A program made the position numbers and the translations under genes. Under the pieces are notes generated by a model. It saw only the letters and a list, made by a program, of their open reading frames with translations. It was not told the DNA's origin and did not search any database. Source: Mobula birostris (lineage: Eukaryota). Taken from it: 64,000 bases of DNA. Location: positions 84,569,288 to 84,633,287 of the forward strand of contig NC_092373.1 in assembly GCF_030028105.1 (NCBI RefSeq), read 5' to 3'. Below, in pieces: positions 61,696 through 64,000 of this stretch (position 1 is the stretch's first letter; every line of letters starts with the position of its first letter).

Positions 61696-63601
61696 GTAAG
61701 TTTGACAAATCACCTTTGGGGTTTTTGATACAATCCATATGGATTAATCAGCATTTTTTCTGTACTTTACAAGCATCCTTCTTGTATCCCTTGCATGTCT
61801 TAGAATTCTCCTCGTACCTTTTAAAATAAGCATTTCAGTCATATATTACATCGTACCTAAATATTTATGTCAAATTTTGACGAAGAGATCCAGCTTTAAC
61901 TGTGGAGTTACTATCTCTTAGACCTTGGCTGTATGTTCCAAATGAAATAAATCTGAAGCAATTTTAAGCAGCTTCTCACTCAGTGATGGTTAATTATGAC
62001 ATTTTCACTTGAAGAACCATGTATTGTACCCTTGCTATACCTAATCTAGTGACATTTGATGGAACCAGAGCTGTGTGAGCTTTACTTTGGATTTGAACTA
62101 GGGCTGGGTAAAGAGCCTTATAGTGTATATAACGTATGTTTAACTGTCCTGGGAGTATTTGAGGGGAGATTAAAGTGAGCTTTGTTGTCTAACCTATTTA
62201 TTCTAAATTATTTATCCTGTTCCTTTATCGGAATTGGGAGTGTGTTGAGGGAAGTTAATTATGCTCTCTTAAAGGAAGTACTTGATAGGTAGCTGTGGAA
62301 ACATTTTACTCTTTTCTACAGCTGATTTGGGAGGCCTGAATACAAATCCATAGAATTTGGTGTTCTGTTAATATATGTAAACTTGCATTTAAAATGGTAG
62401 AATTCAATCACAGTGCTGTATGTCCTTTACAGCCTAGCATGTGGCATTTTCACACACCAAGTTTAGGTATCTGTTCCAGATTCCATTGCTTTTCTTTCCA
62501 TTTAGAGGAATTCATCTAATTTATTTGTGTACATTCATATCAATTTCCAAGAAGAGAAAGAATAATGGTGACTATCACAGAAAAGCAAATTTAAAAAGTT
62601 ATAGTTTCACAATTCTGAACAATAATTCAAAGTTAATAAAGTAACTGTTTTAAAGAAGTTCCATGGTCGTATTAAGACAACAGTTTAAACATTTCACACA
62701 TTTGAGTAGGCAAGCCCTCACTTTGTTTAGTGGCTCTCTGAATTGTGCACAATAGGCCGTTCAGGTATCAACTTGGTGCTGGCTATTTTGAAGAATAATC
62801 CATTTAATCTTGTTCTACTCCTGTATTTCCCTATGATTTTGTTTTTTTCCAAATGCTTATGCCACTACCTATAGAAGGTCGCCATACTTTCTAAGGCTAG
62901 TACTTCACACTGATTGCACAATTTTGTACCACCCAACTCCCCTTTAACTCTTACTGATTATCTTAAATTTGCAGATCTTGATTAATTACGTCGCAGCTAA
63001 TGGAAAGTTATTATATCTACAGTATATAGAGCTCACAATTTTACACAGATCTCTTCTAACTTTCTATCTCTAACTTCCTATGGGTTTTCTATTCTTTTAA
63101 AAAAAACACATCACATCTTTATCTGTCCAGTATAGAGTCTCTCATTCATGGAACCATTGTAATGAAAATTTTCTCCAAAACTTTAGTGTACTTGGTAAAA
63201 TATAGCTCAAAAAGTTGAATTCAGTAATTCAGCTGGATTTGAACTGCATTTTACATTATTAGTGCAGTGGAACTTTGTGAATTATCTTGGTCCTGCCTGA
63301 AGACCAAACTCTCAAATCGCCTATTTACTATCTGGTTAACATGAACTTCCACCACCTTCAGGTATTTGTAGATAAACATCTCTAGGTTCCTCTCCCTTTG
63401 CTTAGTCTTTAAAATTAAAACATCTAACATGTTTTATCTCTGATTCTTTCCATGTAATTACATAACCTGAGTCCTTTTTATATTTAACTCCTTCTACCAT
63501 TATGCCAGTCATTGCACTGACCTCTAGGCGGTTAGATGATTTGTGGATGGATATACATTACACATGATTACAAATTGTGGAGTTTTATTTCTTGCTTTCA
63601 G

Positions 63602-63751
63602 AGTCGCTGTGCCTACCTATGGTCCTGTCCGTGTTCAGTCACTACTCGTTCTTCCACATGGCAGCAAACATGTATGTGTTATGGAGTTTCTCCTCTAGCA
63701 TTGTATCACTTCTTGGACAGGAGCAATTCATGGCAGTTTACCTGTCAGCAG
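63602..63751 (+). CDS. parl: PARL exon 6 (catalytic Ser/His exons lie beyond the window)
   Basis: 150 nt, ctttcag|...|gtaatg. Encodes SLCLPMVLSVFSHYSFFHMAANMYVLWSFSSSIVSLLGQEQFMAVYLSAG, including the rhomboid HxxxN motif. Phases are consistent across all six exons. Confidence 0.96.
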
Positions 63752-64000
63752 GTAATGTACTTCTAATCAGTAGAAAAAGCTTTTTATTATACTCCATCTT
63801 TATTATTTATATTTTTGAGTATCATCATTTGGCCTTGTGTAAAAATAAATAAATAAATAAATCTATTGGATGAGGTGATAAATTTTATTCACACTGTTAG
63901 ATTAGATAGGAAGGTGAAAGAATATGTACAACAATATGTACAGATAATATTGAAAGAGACCAAAGCTGCTTTTTTGGGAAGGTAACATACTAGAAGAGCT

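Overview
Eukaryotic (vertebrate) genomic DNA. The repeat landscape (CR1, Rex1/Babar-like, Penelope, V-SINE-type, Tc1 and hAT elements) suggests a cartilaginous fish, probably a ray; this is an inference. Host genes: (1) two convergent GPR148-like class A GPCR paralogues with single coding exons. One is intact on the - strand (16961-18037). The other is on the + strand (3772-4827) and its full-length frame is broken by a single in-frame TGA that aligns to a Cys codon in the intact copy. (2) The CpG-island promoter and coding exons 1-6 of the mitochondrial rhomboid protease PARL on the + strand (26600-63751; the gene continues beyond the window). The rest is mostly nested transposable elements: a decayed Gypsy LTR element carrying a palindromic mariner-type MITE and a CR1, a 5'-truncated Penelope with a terminal hammerhead-ribozyme motif, several tiny Penelope-derived inverted-repeat elements with hammerhead cores, a Tc1, hAT elements, and many CR1, Rex1-like, RTE and Tx1 fragments. 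There are three assembly gaps. Repeat family names and boundaries come from motif recognition by eye and are approximate unless a TSD or TIR is quoted.
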